DNA from: Elsinoe ampelina
Taxonomy: Eukaryota
Reading direction: 5' to 3'
NCBI GenBank assembly: GCA_010093995.1
Contig: ML992507.1
Location: 555,576 to 619,575, forward strand
DNA: 64,000 nt
The position numbers were made by a program, and so were the translations under genes. Within the stretch, counting starts at the first letter, position 1, and every line of letters begins with the position of its first letter. The notes beneath the pieces were generated by a model. That model had not been told where the DNA came from and did no database searches. It saw only the letters and a list, made by a program, of their open reading frames with translations. Shown here one piece after another: positions 63,209-64,000 of the stretch.

Positions 63209-63792
63209 CTTTGACCACCGTCGACGATGCTATGGGAATCGCGAAATAGAAGAGTCCAACGCGAGGCAGGATTTGGATGGATCGGACTGAGGTCTCTGCT
63301 TGACTGTCTGCATATTGGAATGGTACTGATAAATATTTCCTCCAAGCAGCCACGACACAGATCCTCGCATCTGTGCGACGCGACAAGTGTCACCATTGAA
63401 GTGCAATGTGTGAGGTTGAGGTATATTTGGCTGGATGAGAATGCTTGGAATTTTGGTTCTGAGAACAACTGTATCACCGATACGTAGGTATTGGATCTCA
63501 TTTCACCAAGTCAGCAAACATGTACGCCAATTTTTGGCGTCAAGTCACAGCTTGTGACCCATACTGACAAGCAAGAAGTACCGATAGGTAACAGGAAGTC
63601 CGCTTGAGGAAAATGGCATTTCCTACACCTTTGATCATGCACGTGAAATCACAACATCTTCGACATCCTGCTGGCCTCGAAGAGAAGCCCTTTCATTCAG
63701 TACTACAATGTTGGAGAAAGCTCGAGTCTAGACAGGAGCTGCGGTAGATATACCATCGTCTCTTTGATTGGCTCAATCATCTCAATACCTCT

Positions 63793-64000
63793 TCATGACT
63801 TTGTCCCAAGTATCACCACATTAGTCGGAGCTTTTGGCTTGCTCAAAGTAATCACTCTCGCGTTCGAGCCATTCCATCTCATTTGGCGACGCTCCGCCGC
63901 TCTATCTCGTCGAATCTTCTGACGAGCCAGCCGCAATTCCTTCTCCTTAGCACGATCTTGCTGGTTCAGAGGGGTACGAACCAAAAAAGATGGTCGAGGT
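63793..64000 (-). CDS. 3' end of a hypothetical minus-strand ORF entering from beyond the window
   Basis: Basic, helical-looking stretch DRAKEKELRLARQKIRRDRAAERRQMR; same orientation as the array. Confidence 0.35.
   Translation of the reverse strand, partial: PRPSFLVRTPLNQQDRAKEKELRLARQKIRRDRAAERRQMRWNGSNARVITLSKPKAPTNVVILGTKS

Overview
Fungal (filamentous ascomycete, Dothideomycete-like by inference) genomic window in three parts. (1) 1-~13,400 is an AT-rich, RIP-mutated block of three nested Ty1/copia LTR retrotransposons. An inner element (4476-9663, TSD AGATA) sits inside a related element (2257-12807, TSD AGGCC), which interrupts a third copia on the minus strand; two N gaps fall in this block. 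(2) ~13,600-51,000 is a dense core-gene region: Zn2Cys6 TF, RAD10, MED19/ROX3, Myb-repeat protein, EMP24, bHLH TF, a head-to-head Ctr copper transporter/ferric reductase pair, PTR2-type transporter, three alpha/beta hydrolases, a second Zn2Cys6 TF, cpc-1/GCN4 with uORFs and a GCRE, prefoldin 5, ORC1, PRP46, LSM8, a JmjC protein and a CCDC25/DUF814 gene. The CCDC25 gene requires a 1-nucleotide exon. (3) 51,000-63,200 is the standout: a co-oriented tandem array of about 8 highly diverged, intronless paralogs I cannot assign to a named family. They share an N-terminal MC-x8-C-x-H...C-x2-C putative zinc-binding module; most also carry an 'ITKxG..DD..ISDDEL' motif and an acidic Ser-rich tail. Six are open frames and two are pseudogenes, with a possible inverted relic. 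All calls come from reading the sequence; no searches were run.
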